The notes: generated by a model not told the origin, from the sequence alone. Counted from the first letter of the stretch, positions 48,818 through 60,117 are shown. The stretch: DNA of 64,000 nucleotides from an uncultured bacterium (GCA_963825135.1 CAWGRW010000009.1:192001-256000), one strand, 5' to 3'. Numbers and translations: made by a program.

Positions 48818-49364
48818 TCCGCTCTGCCGCCCCCTCCTTGGGAGAGGCGAAAACCACGGTCCAGTAAGTCCTGTTTTTGGTGTCCTTGTTGTGAAAGCAC
48901 GCGCCGCCTATCTCGGTGTAGCTCGCCGTCATTATGTTCTCGCAGTGATCAGGGCTCACGAGCCAGGCGGCCACGACCTCCTCCGAGCTCTCTCTCCCCG
49001 CCGATATGTTCTCGCCGACGCTCGTCCACTCGTAGCCGAGCTCCTCCACCCTCTCGTCCACCTCGCTCCCGTCGGAGCCCCTGTGGCTGACGAAATCCCC
49101 TGTCGCCATATCTACGGAATGCGCGAGCGCGGCTCTGGCCAGCGTCGGGCTCCACGTGACCTCCCCCGCTGGCGTGTATATCTTGTAGCCGCAGTTCCTG
49201 CTCTGCGCCCTCGCCCTGTTTATGAGCACGAGCATCTTTTCCTTTATGACGTCGAAATCCTCGCACCGGTAGGAGTCATTCGCGAGGACGTAAACGATCT
49301 CGTTATTTTTCCCGCAGCCGCAGAAAAGCATAACGACTGCCGTAATGGCTAGCAGTCTCGTCAA
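48804..49364 (-). CDS. CAP (SCP/PR-1) domain lipoprotein
   Basis: INRAR, AHSVDM, SHRGSDGS, GENI, WLVSPDHCENIM, YWTVVF; Cys-ended signal. Confidence 0.9.
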   Translation of the reverse strand: MTRLLAITAVVMLFCGCGKNNEIVYVLANDSYRCEDFDVIKEKMLVLINRARAQSRNCGYKIYTPAGEVTWSPTLARAALAHSVDMATGDFVSHRGSDGSEVDERVEELGYEWTSVGENISAGRESSEEVVAAWLVSPDHCENIMTASYTEIGGACFHNKDTKNRTYWTVVFASPKEGAAERTNPR

Positions 49365-49410
49365 GGCCTGTATTATACTCGGCGCGCCCGATAATTACAC
49401 CGTATATTCT

Positions 49411-50052
49411 TTAGTGACCGGCCGCCGCGGCAGCCCCCCAGTATTCCGCGATGAACTGGTCCCTGCCCGAGCCCGACCTGTAGCTTTTATACCTGACCGG
49501 GTCCTTCATGTAGAATTTTTGATGGTAGTCCTCGGCCGGGTAGAACGCGGTCGCCTCGACTATCTCGACCACCACGGGCTTATCGAACCTGCCCGACTTA
49601 TCCAGTTTCTCTTTGGACGCCTCGGCCGCCTTCCTCTGGGCTTCGTCGTGATAGAAGATAGCGGGCCTGTACTGATTCCCCCTGTCCACGAACTGCCCGC
49701 CCGCGTCCGTCGGGTCTATGTTCATCCAGTACACGTCGAGGATCTCTTCGTACGTCACCTTCTTCGGGTCGTAAACTATCTCTATCGACTCCGCGTGCCC
49801 GGTCTTCCCGTAGGATACCTGCTGGTACGTCGGGTCTTTCTCCTTCCCGCCCGTATACCCGACCGTGGTCCTCACGACGCCTTCGAGCTTGTCGAAAGGG
49901 GGCTGAATGCACCAGAAGCACCCGCCGGCGAAAGTGGCCGTCTCAAAGTTAGCATCCTGCGTCTGAGACTTTGCGCCGTTTTCCTCCGCGCGGAGCATTC
50001 CGCCTGACCCCAGAGCAAGCAGTAAAACGAATACAACCGATAATCTTCTCAT
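49411..50052 (-). CDS. msrA: Peptide methionine sulfoxide reductase A (exported)
   Basis: FAGGCFWC, GYTGG, TGHAE, GQFVDRG, FYPAEDYHQ; signal peptide. Confidence 0.96.
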   Translation of the reverse strand: MRRLSVVFVLLLALGSGGMLRAEENGAKSQTQDANFETATFAGGCFWCIQPPFDKLEGVVRTTVGYTGGKEKDPTYQQVSYGKTGHAESIEIVYDPKKVTYEEILDVYWMNIDPTDAGGQFVDRGNQYRPAIFYHDEAQRKAAEASKEKLDKSGRFDKPVVVEIVEATAFYPAEDYHQKFYMKDPVRYKSYRSGSGRDQFIAEYWGAAAAAGH

Positions 50053-50215
50053 GTCGTCTCCCGTTCGTTGATAAAAATCGTCCGTTATTTAGAGCTTTCC
50101 CCTTCCCGTAGTATATATACGCTCCCTGCCAGGAAATGGTTTTAAGGTTTATTTGATCGTGAGATGGATTCCGGCGTCTCCCTGACGAGCCGGAAGCGCG
50201 GAAAAGCGCGCGGCT

Positions 50216-51589
50216 TCAGCTGAGGAGCCCCCACTTCTTCATGCGGTACCTGAGCACCTCGCGGGTGATTCCCAGCATCTCGGCAGTCCTCGTCTGATTC
50301 CAGTTATTGAGCTCTAGCGCCCTCGTTATAACCTTCTTTTCAATTTTATAGAGGGACGCTTCCTCGAGCGGGACGTCGATTACCATCTTATCGCTTGAAT
50401 TCTGAACCTTGAGGCTCTCCCCCTCCTCGAGCATTATATATTTGGGATTGAGCACCCCGTCCTCGCTCAGGAGCGCGGCCCTCTCGAGGGTGCTCCGGAG
50501 CTCCCTCACGTTCCCGGGCCAGTTGTAATTCATGAACGTCATCCTCACCTCGTCGGGGATAACGGCGATGTTCTTGTTGAGGTCCGTGTTGAAATAATTT
50601 ACGAAATGGTCGATGAGTTCGGGGATGTCCTCTTTCCTGTCCCTGAGCGCCGGCATCTCGAAGCTTATCACCCTCAGCCTGTGATAGAGGTCTTCCCTGA
50701 ATTCGCTGTGCTTGACGAGAGACTTGAGGTCGTGGTTCGTCGCCGCTATGACGGAGAGGTCGACCGAGATGTCTCTGTTGCCCCCGAGTCTCCTGAAAGA
50801 GCGCTCCTCGACCGCCTTGACGAGCTTCGCCTGAAGCGAGAGGCTCATATCCCCGATCTCGTCGAGGAATACGGTCCCGCCGTCCGCCTGCTCCAGTATC
50901 CCCTTCTTCATCTTCTTCGCGTCGGTGAACGCGCCCGCTTCATGGCCGAAGAGCTCGCTCTCGAGGAGCGTCTCCGGTATGGCCGCGCAGTTTATCTCTA
51001 TGAACGGGCCCTGTTTCCTCATCCCGTTGTAATGGAGGATCTTAGCCGCAAGCCCCTTCCCGGTCCCGCTTTCACCCGTGATGAGGATAGTCTTCGGGTC
51101 GGATTCCGTGAGCTTCTTGATCAGTTTTTTCAGCTCCGTTACGGACGCGCTCGTGCCTATGAGGGTCTCAAACCCGTATTTTTCCTGGGCCCTCATCGCG
51201 GCCGCGCTCAGGCTGTTCTTGAGCTCGCTCGTTTTGAGCGCGTTACGGACCATTACCTTGAGCTTGTCGAGCGGAAACGGCTTCTCTATGAAGTCGTACG
51301 CCCCCACCCTTATGGCGGTGACCGCGACTTCCACGTTGCCGTGCGCGGTCATCATGATGGTTGTAGGGGGGTGCTCCCACTTCGAGAACGTTTTCAGCAC
51401 CTCGAGCCCGTCCTTGTCCGGGAGCTTCAGGTCGAGCAGCACGAGGTCCGGGTCCTCCCTCTTCGCGAGGTCGATCCCCTCTTCCGCTTCGAACGATGTG
51501 ATGACCGAATACCCCTCCTGCGTGAGCGCCTTGTGAAGCTGCTTGCACAAAAGCCTTTCGTCTTCGATGATCAGTATGAGTGAGCTCAT
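50216..51589 (-). CDS. sigma54-dependent (NtrC/AtoC-type) response regulator
   Basis: Receiver domain, [36 protein letters not shown], Fis-type HTH. Confidence 0.95.
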   Translation of the reverse strand: MSSLILIIEDERLLCKQLHKALTQEGYSVITSFEAEEGIDLAKREDPDLVLLDLKLPDKDGLEVLKTFSKWEHPPTTIMMTAHGNVEVAVTAIRVGAYDFIEKPFPLDKLKVMVRNALKTSELKNSLSAAAMRAQEKYGFETLIGTSASVTELKKLIKKLTESDPKTILITGESGTGKGLAAKILHYNGMRKQGPFIEINCAAIPETLLESELFGHEAGAFTDAKKMKKGILEQADGGTVFLDEIGDMSLSLQAKLVKAVEERSFRRLGGNRDISVDLSVIAATNHDLKSLVKHSEFREDLYHRLRVISFEMPALRDRKEDIPELIDHFVNYFNTDLNKNIAVIPDEVRMTFMNYNWPGNVRELRSTLERAALLSEDGVLNPKYIMLEEGESLKVQNSSDKMVIDVPLEEASLYKIEKKVITRALELNNWNQTRTAEMLGITREVLRYRMKKWGLLS

Positions 51590-51620
51590 TTTATGCTTTA
51601 TATTCTCCGCCGCCTTACGG

Positions 51621-52952
51621 TCAATTGAGTTTAGGATTATCCCCGGCCTGCTTCCCGGAATTTTTGTCTTCCGCGCCGGGCTCCCTGTTCAGATCGTTCG
51701 GTATTTCCAGCACGAACGTGGACCCCTCGCCGAGACGGCTTGTAATGTGCAGCTTCCCCTTGTGAGCCTCCACAATCCTGCTCGAAATAGCAAGCCCGAG
51801 CCCCGTCCCGGTCTCCTTCGTGGAATAGAACGGCTGGAGAATCTTCTCCATCTCGTCCTCAGGCACTCCGCAGCCCGTGTCGGAGACCGAGATTTCGATC
51901 GAGCCGTTGTTGCTCTTCGTCTCCACCCTCACCTCGCCCCTGCTCCCGGTGGCGTCGATCCCGTTAATGAGCAGGTTCAGAACGACCTGCTCTATCTGCT
52001 CGTGATCCACGTAAAAGCTGCCGGCGCAGGCGAGGTCCTTTTTTATGGTTATCCCCTTTTCCTTCGCCTTCATGCTCACCAGGTTGAGCGCCCTCTCCAC
52101 TATATCGTTCGGGGTGCATTCGATGAGCTGGATGCTCTTCGGATGCCCGAGCTGGAAGAGCCCTTTTACTATCCGTTCCAGCCTCGATATCTCGTTGAGT
52201 ATGTCCCTGATAGTCTGTTTGTGCTCCTCGTTCTCGGTCTCGTCCTTCATAAGCTCAAGCGCGAGCCCTATCCCCGAGAGCGGGTTCCTCACCTCGTGCG
52301 CGACGCCCGTGGCGAGCTCTCCTATCGCCGCGAGCTTCTCTGACTTCATCAGCTCCCAGTGCTTCTCCTCTATTTCCCTGGTCGCCTGCGCGATCTCCGA
52401 TTCCAGGAGCTCGTTGAACCTCCGGGTCGTCTCCAGGAGCTTCATTATCTCCTCGTTCTTCTTCTGGAGCTCCCTGTTGTTCCTCTCGATGTTGTCTATC
52501 ATGTTGTTAAAAGCCTTTACGAGCGTATCTATCTCGCTCGAGGTCTTGGCGTTCTTCAGTCTGACCGAGTAATCCCCTCCCGCCACGGATTCAGCGGCGT
52601 TGAAGAGGCTCTGTATCGGCTTCGTTATCATCCTCGGGATGATAATGGTGAGCACTATGCCGAACAGCATCGTCACTCCCACGACGGAAAGCACCATGAC
52701 GTATGAATATTTTATTTGCTTGTCGGAGATCCTTATGGCTTCGAGGAGCATCTCGTTGGCGAATATCCCCTGCTTCCCCTCCTCTTTTTCGCCCAGTATC
52801 TTCGAGAGGGTGTTGTACCTGCCCCGTATGTTCGAGGCGGTTTTGTCGAGATTATAGATGCTGTAAACGGAGAGCCCGCTGACAAGCAGCATAAAGAAAA
52901 ACATCAGGGCGTATCCGAGAGTAATTTGTTTACTGAGGTTCAAGGGACTCAC
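51621..52952 (-). CDS. HAMP-domain sensor histidine kinase
   Basis: Two TMs, HAMP, AHEVRNPL, NLLING, DTGCG, GTGLGL. Confidence 0.95.
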   Translation of the reverse strand: MSPLNLSKQITLGYALMFFFMLLVSGLSVYSIYNLDKTASNIRGRYNTLSKILGEKEEGKQGIFANEMLLEAIRISDKQIKYSYVMVLSVVGVTMLFGIVLTIIIPRMITKPIQSLFNAAESVAGGDYSVRLKNAKTSSEIDTLVKAFNNMIDNIERNNRELQKKNEEIMKLLETTRRFNELLESEIAQATREIEEKHWELMKSEKLAAIGELATGVAHEVRNPLSGIGLALELMKDETENEEHKQTIRDILNEISRLERIVKGLFQLGHPKSIQLIECTPNDIVERALNLVSMKAKEKGITIKKDLACAGSFYVDHEQIEQVVLNLLINGIDATGSRGEVRVETKSNNGSIEISVSDTGCGVPEDEMEKILQPFYSTKETGTGLGLAISSRIVEAHKGKLHITSRLGEGSTFVLEIPNDLNREPGAEDKNSGKQAGDNPKLN

Positions 52953-53289
52953 ACCGCATAATATCCGCGAATCTATCCATAAAAAATTTTACCTGTTATT
53001 GGGGTCAACTCATATCTAAATTTCATATGCCGGTGTAGGATTTCGATATCGCCGCCTGAAAACAGCCCTGCGCCGGTACTAATTATAGACCCGCAGCCGT
53101 CTTTTACGTAAGAGTACCCGAAATGGAGCGCGGACTCCCTCCCGGGGGATTCCGGGGCCGCACACCCCCCCTCGCGAATCGTTCGACAGATTGCCTGCCC
53201 GCGGAAAAGTACGCCGGATTTATGATATGGATAAATCCGCAAAATCTGGTAGAGTATTAGCCCTTGGGTGGTTACTCCAATCCCGTAAC

Positions 53290-53889
53290 ATGAATATCAC
53301 GAGCCTGAAACAGATTTACGTCATAATTCCGTTTATGGTCATGGTTCTTGCCGGCTGTTACCCCAAAACGGACGAGATAAAGGAGCTTTACGACAGGCAG
53401 GCGGCCCTCGAAGCCAAAATAGACAAGATGTCCCAGGACATGGAAGCGGGGCTCGCTCAAATCAACCGGGACATGGACGTCGTAGAGGGCAACCAGACCA
53501 GGCTCGCGGGGGATATGGTGGCCTTAAAGGAGCAGAACACGGCCCCGGACAAGAGGACAGACACTGCCCCGGGCAAAAAAACTACAAAAAACACAAAAAG
53601 TACGGAGAGTAAGCCTAAATCTCCTTCAAATTCCCCCGAAAAGATATATTCCAAGGCGCTGGCTAATTACGACGACGGCAAGTTCGAGGACGCTATACTG
53701 GAATACCAGAGGCTGATCGACACCTACCCCAGGGACAAGAGGGTCCCCGAGGCATATCTAAAGCAGGGGCTCTCGCTCATCAACCTCGGAAGGAAACAGG
53801 AGGCTAAGTACTTCCTCAACACCCTCATCGACAAATACCCGAACTCCCAGGAAGCCCAGACGGCGCGGGAGAAGCTGAAAACGATTTAA
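53290..53889 (+). CDS. cpoB: Tol-Pal associated TPR lipoprotein CpoB/YbgF-like
   Basis: LAGC lipobox, coiled coil, TPRs (YPRDKRVPEAYLKQG, LIDKYPNSQEA). Confidence 0.8.
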   Translation: MNITSLKQIYVIIPFMVMVLAGCYPKTDEIKELYDRQAALEAKIDKMSQDMEAGLAQINRDMDVVEGNQTRLAGDMVALKEQNTAPDKRTDTAPGKKTTKNTKSTESKPKSPSNSPEKIYSKALANYDDGKFEDAILEYQRLIDTYPRDKRVPEAYLKQGLSLINLGRKQEAKYFLNTLIDKYPNSQEAQTAREKLKTI

Positions 53890-54136
53890 CCGCACGGGAG
53901 AGCCCTCGCCCCGATCCGCTTCTATTCTTAAGTGGAGCCATCATTTGCGTTCCCACAGAAACCCGGGTCGCAATTCCCATATCAAACGCACTGACGCGAG
54001 CCGTTGAAGTAATCCTGCCGAATCCGGAGAAATAATTCTTTTGCAGATCAGACACTTGCAAATGCAACTATAAATGCCCCGCATCCCTTTAGGCTCAAAG
54101 ATCATCACAAACGTAAAATTCACAAGGAGGTGCTTC

Positions 54137-54613
54137 ATGACGAAGCTCAATCTATTGGCAGTTGCAGCTGCATTTGTTTTGGTTCTAGGTCTTGCCGGTT
54201 TTGGCGCAACGGCTGCGCGCGCCGACGGCGGTACGGCGGTAGCGACGGCCGGAGTCGGCGGATACGACCCGGTCTCATACTTCACGGTATCCGGGCCGGT
54301 GAGGGGGAGCGGGAGATACACGGCAGAGTATCAGGGCATAACGTACCTGTTCGCAAACGAAGCGGACAAGAACGCGTTTCAGAAGGACCCGGCCAAATAC
54401 CTCCCGGCTTTCGGCGGTTATTGCGCCTACGGTGTCGCTAAAGGAAAGAAGTTCTGGGCAAACCCCGAGGTGTGGGAGATAGTGGACGGCACACTCTACC
54501 TGAACCTGGATAAATCCGTCCAGCAGAAGTGGGACGAGGACAAACCGGGCTACATTAAGAAAGCGGACGGGAACTGGGACGCCATCAAGGATAAATCCCC
54601 GGGTGATCTGTAA
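54137..54613 (+). CDS. Secreted YHS-domain protein
   Basis: Signal peptide; GGYDPVSYF, YLFA, YLPAFGGYCAYG, IVDGTLYLN; AAGGAGG RBS. Confidence 0.88.
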   Translation: MTKLNLLAVAAAFVLVLGLAGFGATAARADGGTAVATAGVGGYDPVSYFTVSGPVRGSGRYTAEYQGITYLFANEADKNAFQKDPAKYLPAFGGYCAYGVAKGKKFWANPEVWEIVDGTLYLNLDKSVQQKWDEDKPGYIKKADGNWDAIKDKSPGDL

Positions 54614-54641
54614 TAGTTTTAAATAATGGAATCTGAACGCG

Positions 54642-54689
54642 ACGGGGAGTGCGCCCGGATATCCGCAGGCGTACTCCCCGTTTTTTTTT
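54642..54689 (+). terminator. Intrinsic terminator
   Basis: ACGGGGAGTGCGCC...GGCGTACTCCCCGT followed by a T-run. Confidence 0.8.
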
Positions 54690-54738
54690 GTTTTGGATCG
54701 ATAAGGGGGAAAAAGCCGTCTCCGGCGCAGCGTTCTCT

Positions 54739-56136
54739 CTAAATCGTAGCGGGCTTCTTCGAGGCGGCTATAAGCACCGCCACGGCGCAGGACGCGATCT
54801 TGGTGCGGAGCGAATCGGACCTGCTCGCGAGGATTATAGGGACACGCGCGCCGAGCACAATCCCCGCCCCCTCCGCCCTCGCCATGAACGTGAGCTGCTT
54901 CGCGAGCATGTTCCCCGCTTCGAGGTCGGGCACGATCATGATGTCCGGGTCCCCGGCGACCTCCGACACTATCCCCTTCATTTCGGCGGCCTCTTTGTTT
55001 ATAGCGTTGTCGAACGCGAGCGGCCCGTCGAGTATCGCCCCCGTTATCTGCCCCCTCTCGGCCATCTTGCACAGAGCCGCGGCATCGAGCGTAGAGCGGA
55101 TCTTGGACGTAACGGTCTCTACGGCAGAGAGTATGGCCACCTTGGGCCTCTCGATTCCGAGTATATGCGCGAGGTCGATCGCGTTCCTGCATATGTCCGC
55201 CTTGTCGTCGAGCCCGGGGTATATGTTTATCGCGGCGTCAGTGATTATGAGCGTCTTATGGTACGTGGGCACGTCCATGATATACGCGTGGCTAAGTCTT
55301 CTTTCCGTCCTGAGCCCCGTGTCGTGATTAACGACCTCCGTCATAAGCTCGTCCGTGTGCAGGCTCCCTTTCATGAGCACCGTGCACTCCCCCTCCCTTA
55401 CGAGCCTTACGGCTTCGGCGGCGGAGGCGTGGCTGTGGGGAGTGTTGACGATCCTGAGCCCCTCTATATCTATGCCGTTTTCCGCGGCTACTTTTCTAAT
55501 CCTCTCTTCCGGGCCCACAAGAACGGGTTCGATGAGGTCTTCCTTCCAGGCGGTCACGACCGCCCTCAGCGAAGACTCGTCGCAGGGATGCGCGACCGCG
55601 GTGCGGGGAGTATCCAGCTCGGCGCACTTCTCTATGAAGTGTTCGTACTTGTTATAGGTCTTTACTAACAGCTCGGGGCCCTCGGTGAGCGGAACGGAAA
55701 CCTTTACCACCGGGGCTATCACGGACGCGCTCCCCGTCATGACGGTCTCCCCCTTCTGGTTCAGGCAGAGGCAGTCGAAGATTATTATCCTCGTTCCGGG
55801 CTCTTTCCTGTTCACCCGTATGGTGAGCGTTATGGTATCCCCGACCTTGAGCGTCTTGATGAAATCGAGCTTCTGCGAGACGTAAACCGTGCCCGGCCCC
55901 GGCAGCTCGGAGCCGAGGAGCGTAGATGCCAGGAGACCGCTCCATATGCTCTGCGCGGCGAGCTTCCCCGAATTATATTTCATAGCGAAGCCCTCGTCGA
56001 GGTGTATAGGGTCGAGGTCGCCGGTCAAAGCGGCGAACTTCTCGAGGTCGTCCTTCGTTAGGGTCTTCTTGATGCTGGCAGTATCGCCCAGCTTTATCTC
56101 TTCGAAAGTCTTGTTCTCAAGCGTCCTGCCGGTCAC
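54739..56136 (-). CDS. Bifunctional MaoC-type enoyl-CoA hydratase / phosphate acetyl(butyryl)transferase
   Basis: TGDLDPIHLD, LPGPGTVY (MaoC); MKGSLHTD, TDAAINI, DGPLAFDNA, PDLEAGNMLAK, SRSDS. Confidence 0.93.
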   Translation of the reverse strand: MTGRTLENKTFEEIKLGDTASIKKTLTKDDLEKFAALTGDLDPIHLDEGFAMKYNSGKLAAQSIWSGLLASTLLGSELPGPGTVYVSQKLDFIKTLKVGDTITLTIRVNRKEPGTRIIIFDCLCLNQKGETVMTGSASVIAPVVKVSVPLTEGPELLVKTYNKYEHFIEKCAELDTPRTAVAHPCDESSLRAVVTAWKEDLIEPVLVGPEERIRKVAAENGIDIEGLRIVNTPHSHASAAEAVRLVREGECTVLMKGSLHTDELMTEVVNHDTGLRTERRLSHAYIMDVPTYHKTLIITDAAINIYPGLDDKADICRNAIDLAHILGIERPKVAILSAVETVTSKIRSTLDAAALCKMAERGQITGAILDGPLAFDNAINKEAAEMKGIVSEVAGDPDIMIVPDLEAGNMLAKQLTFMARAEGAGIVLGARVPIILASRSDSLRTKIASCAVAVLIAASKKPATI

Positions 56137-56230
56137 TGCACTTCACTCCTCTGATTAATTATAATGCCGTTCGGCACGGGGGAATATTATGCCGGAGTTC
56201 TATGAAGCGGGGATTAAGACCGGAGGGCCG

Positions 56231-57191
56231 CTATAGAGTGCGCTTGAGGTCGGGCCTGTTCTCCATATACCAGTCGATAGTATCACGGAGCCCTTCCCCG
56301 AGGGATATTTCGGATTCGAAGCCGAACTCCTCCCTTGCCCTGGATACGTCGAGCTTACGCCGCGGCTGTCCGTCAGGGCGCGAGGAGTCCCATTCGACTT
56401 CTCCCTCGTAACCGACCATCTTCTTTATCATATCGACGAGCTCGCGAATCCTGATCTCCTCCCCCGAACCCAGGTTAACGGGGGCGCTCTTGTCGTATCT
56501 CTCGGCAGCCATGACTATCCCCCTCGCGGCGTCCCGCACATAGAGAAACTCCCTCGACGGGCTGCCCGTACCCCACGCCGTGACCTTTTTCAGGCCCCTT
56601 TCCCTGGCGTCATTAAATTTTAGTATCAAAGCGGGTATTACGTGGGCGTCCTCGGCATCGAAGCGGTCTCCCGGGCCGTAGAGGTTCACAGGGATCAGAT
56701 ATATCGCGTTAAAACCGTACTGCTTCCTGTAGGACTCGGCCTGGACGAGCAGCGCCTTCTTCGCCACGCCGTAAGGGGCGTTCGTCTCCTCGGGGTAACC
56801 GTCCCACAAGCTCTCCTCCCTGAACGGAACACGCGTGAGCTTCGGATAAGAGCAGACGGTCCCGACAGCCACGAACTTTTTCAACCCCCGCCCGTCTGGA
56901 GGCCTCCATTAGCTGTATTCCCATGACCGCGTTATCGTAAAAGAGCTCGCCCGGGTGCCTCAGATTGTATCCTATGCCCCCCACATTAGCAGCGAGGTGA
57001 ATGACGACGTCCGCGCCGTCGACCGCGCGCGCGCAATTCTCCCACTTCCTCAGGTCGAGGTCGCCGCTCCGGGGTATGATAATATTCTCCTTCCCGACCC
57101 CTCTCGCCGCGAGCTCCCCGGCGACGAACGAGCCGAGAAACCCGCCCCCGCCGGTAAGTAATATTTTTTTCGAGACGAAATCCTTAGTCAT
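56231..57191 (-). CDS. fcl: GDP-L-fucose synthase, frameshifted near 56882
   Basis: [18 protein letters not shown]; then [35 protein letters not shown]. Confidence 0.93.
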
Positions 57192-57255
57192 ATTCCAAAG
57201 TCACCACTGATAAAAATTACGATAAGCTCGCCGCTCCTCCGCCCGGCTGCGGATA

Positions 57256-58299
57256 TTAATCTATTTCCCACCATCTGTCGGGGAATCTTTCTTTCAGTAT
57301 CCTGTCCCCTTCCCCGGGCGGCACGAGCCCTGCCCTTCTCATATCCGCATCCACCATGATTCTCACGAGGTCCCCGAACCCGATAGCGGGCTCCCATCCG
57401 AGGCCCTCTTTCGCCCTCCCGGAGTCCGCTCTCAGGCTCTCGACCTCGTTCGGCCTGAAGTAGTTCGGGTCGCTTTTTACATACTCGCTCCAATTGAGAC
57501 CGACGTAGGAGAAGGCCTCCTCGACAAACTCTCCGACCGAATGCGCCTCTCCCGTCCCGATTACGTAGCTCCGGGGGGCGTCCTGCTGGAGGATCTTCCA
57601 CATCGTCTCGACATACTCGGGCGCGTACCCCCAATCACGCTTTGGCTCGAGGCTCCCCAGGAAAAGGGAGTCCTGTCTACCGAGCAGGATATTGGAGAGC
57701 GCCATGGTAATCTTCCTCGTTACGAACGTCTCGCCCCTCCTCGGGGATTCGTGGTTGAACAGTATCCCGTTGACGGCGAACAGGCCGTACCCGTCCCTGT
57801 AGTTCGTCACCATCCAGTGCGCCATGAGCTTCCCGCACGCGTAAGGGCTCCTCGGACGGAATTCCGTGAGCTCGTTCTGGGGCGGCGGCGAGTCTCCATA
57901 CATCTCGCTGCTCGACGCCTGATAAAAACGGCAGTTTATCCCGCTGCTCCTGATCGATTCGAGGAGCCTCACCGTACCGAGACCGGTGATGTTGTTACTG
58001 TATTCGGGCATATCGAAGCTCACGCGGACGTGGCTCTGGGCCGCGAGGTTGTATATCTCGTCGGGCCTGACGCCGTACATCAGGCTCGTCAAGCTGCCGG
58101 TATCGCTCAGGTCCCCGTAGTGGAGGTAAAGCCTCGCGCCGGGCACGTGCGGATCGACGTATATGTGATCTATCCTCTCCGTGTTGAAGGTGCTCGACCT
58201 CCTTATCAGGCCGTGAACCTCATACCCTTTTGCCAACAAGAACTCTGCGAGATACGACCCGTCCTGTCCCGTTATTCCCGTTATTAGTGCCTTTTTCAT
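57256..58299 (-). CDS. gmd: GDP-mannose 4,6-dehydratase
   Basis: [51 protein letters not shown]. Confidence 0.97.
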   Translation of the reverse strand: MKKALITGITGQDGSYLAEFLLAKGYEVHGLIRRSSTFNTERIDHIYVDPHVPGARLYLHYGDLSDTGSLTSLMYGVRPDEIYNLAAQSHVRVSFDMPEYSNNITGLGTVRLLESIRSSGINCRFYQASSSEMYGDSPPPQNELTEFRPRSPYACGKLMAHWMVTNYRDGYGLFAVNGILFNHESPRRGETFVTRKITMALSNILLGRQDSLFLGSLEPKRDWGYAPEYVETMWKILQQDAPRSYVIGTGEAHSVGEFVEEAFSYVGLNWSEYVKSDPNYFRPNEVESLRADSGRAKEGLGWEPAIGFGDLVRIMVDADMRRAGLVPPGEGDRILKERFPDRWWEID

Positions 58300-58496
58300 T
58301 TTTAACCCCGTCCTGTCCCGTATACCGGCCCGACCTCTCGATTCCGTTCCCTTACAGCGGCGCCCGCGTCTAATTATCGCCGCAAACAGAGAAAATAGCA
58401 CGCTTTATGCGCGAAGGGAGAGAGCCTGCCCGGTACGCTTTTCCTGTGCGCATATTACAGGCGTACATATTATATACGGTTATATCCTGCCGCCGC

Positions 58497-59459
58497 TCAG
58501 TATATTGTTTTCTTCGCGTACAGGCCCGCGTAATGGGAAAACCACGACCCCGGCGGATACCTGAACAATACGTCGCTTCTCGCAAGGAGAAACATCTCGA
58601 TTAAAGCGGCTTCCGCCGTTTCCACGGGCAATTCCTGGTGCAGCTCCTTCGAGCTGTCCGTGCCGAATTCCTTTTCGTATGATATTACATTACAGACTGA
58701 TTGTGAGACAAACTCCTGGACAATGCGGGAATCGGTGCATAGAAAGACCGCGTATTCCGAATCCTTAAACCCGGCCGCCGCCTTTTTTATTCTATCCAGA
58801 CAGGCGGCGAGCGCCTTCGTCTGGTCGAGCCAGTACTTCGTATGTCCTGAAGGGGGCATGGCCGGATTGTAATACCTTATATGCACGCCAATGACCTTCT
58901 TGTTTCTGAAATGCTTTTCCTCAAACTCGTCCGCCCTCTCTTTAAGCTCCGCCCTCAATACAAGCGCGTCGAAAAAGGGTTTCAGATTCTGATTCGGGCC
59001 GTAGCAGCCGTGCGTGACGATGATTTTTTGTCTCACGTCGATGAGATTATTTATTATACGGTCCGTCTCCTCCTGCCGTCTTTGCATCCTTCGCTTGAAC
59101 AGATTGTCCGTAATGACGCCCGCTTTACTCAACACCTTATAAAGAATTAAAGACGGGTCGGGTGCGGGGGAGAAAAAGTAGGGGTGTAATATGAGGAGGG
59201 CCGACAAGATGTCGATCCTCGGCTCGGCTATAACCGGAACGCCTTCGATATTTTCCGGGACTTTGAAAAACCGGGTGAACGCGTTCTCCCCTTTATCGGC
59301 CAGGTAAAGCGAGTGCTGCCAGAATACGACAAGGGACCTGTTCGTATGCTTAGCGTAATACCACGCGTTGGCCGCGGCCAGGAGGTTGTCTCCCAACCCT
59401 CTGTTCCGGTGTGAAATAATAACCCTCGGATGCCTTTTCAGTAGCCTCGTAAGGAACAT
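58497..59459 (-). CDS. NodZ-family (GT23-like) fucosyltransferase
   Basis: GLGDNLLAAANAWYYAK..LVVFWQHSLYL..NAFTRFF, IGVHIR, FLCTDS, ALIEMFLLARSD..SWFS; upstream of gmd-fcl. Confidence 0.8.
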   Translation of the reverse strand: MFLTRLLKRHPRVIISHRNRGLGDNLLAAANAWYYAKHTNRSLVVFWQHSLYLADKGENAFTRFFKVPENIEGVPVIAEPRIDILSALLILHPYFFSPAPDPSLILYKVLSKAGVITDNLFKRRMQRRQEETDRIINNLIDVRQKIIVTHGCYGPNQNLKPFFDALVLRAELKERADEFEEKHFRNKKVIGVHIRYYNPAMPPSGHTKYWLDQTKALAACLDRIKKAAAGFKDSEYAVFLCTDSRIVQEFVSQSVCNVISYEKEFGTDSSKELHQELPVETAEAALIEMFLLARSDVLFRYPPGSWFSHYAGLYAKKTIY

Positions 59460-59624
59460 GCCTCAGGTTATTATGACTGATTAAACCGAGGGGTCGATAC
59501 CGGGGCAGGATTGAAGCCGGCAAGCCCCGGATTTCCTTCAATCGAGACTGAGTCTCCCAAACTTTGAAATATTAAATATCCATGCATAATGTAAATGTAT
59601 TAGTGTCAGGGAGGATACCGATTC

Positions 59625-60080
59625 ATGGATTTACAGAAGAAGCACAAATCGCTTTCGCTCGGGGGCCATCTTTATAAATTTTATGCGAAGGGTGAGGACA
59701 CGGGGGGAGCTTACACCTTATTCGAAGCAAATTTACCGCCCATGGACATAGGTCCGCCCCCGCATATACACAGGAACGAAGACGTCGCGTTCTATATCGT
59801 GGAGGGCCTGTTCAGATTTTCTCTGGATGGGAAAGAATTTAAAGCGAAGCCGGGCGACTTCGTGTTCCTGCCCAGGGGACTAAAGCACTGGCTCAGGAAC
59901 GAATCCGATGCGATAGGGAAAATGCTCGTAATCTCTAACCCGGCGGGGTTCGAGAGGCTCTACGACGCGGCGGGAACACCTGTCGAGGACGACGAGAAAA
60001 TGCCGCCCTCTCCCACGAACGAAGAGCTCATGAGACTGGTGCAGGAGGTGCCCAAGTTCGGTATCGAGTTTTTCTTCTGA
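59625..60080 (+). CDS. Cupin domain protein (quercetinase-like), paralog 1
   Basis: GEDTGG, PPPHIHRNED, GDFVFLPRGLKH, PAGFE. Confidence 0.88.
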   Translation: MDLQKKHKSLSLGGHLYKFYAKGEDTGGAYTLFEANLPPMDIGPPPHIHRNEDVAFYIVEGLFRFSLDGKEFKAKPGDFVFLPRGLKHWLRNESDAIGKMLVISNPAGFERLYDAAGTPVEDDEKMPPSPTNEELMRLVQEVPKFGIEFFF

Positions 60081-60117
60081 GATACCGGAGCCCTGTTTTC
60101 CACGGGGTGAAACGCGT

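Noticed and set aside
7907..49364. Collection of eukaryote-like proteins (YIP1, BI-1, PEBP, HAL2, CAP, MBOAT) as a symbiosis signature
   Set aside because: All are widespread in free-living bacteria and are not clustered here.
50216..51589. GAFTDA instead of GAFTGA in the enhancer-binding protein
   Set aside because: A common natural variant; not evidence of novelty.
53943..54005. Minus-strand AACGG...GCAAAT segment resembling the element ends
   Set aside because: 63 bp, no stem and no host repeat; likely chance.
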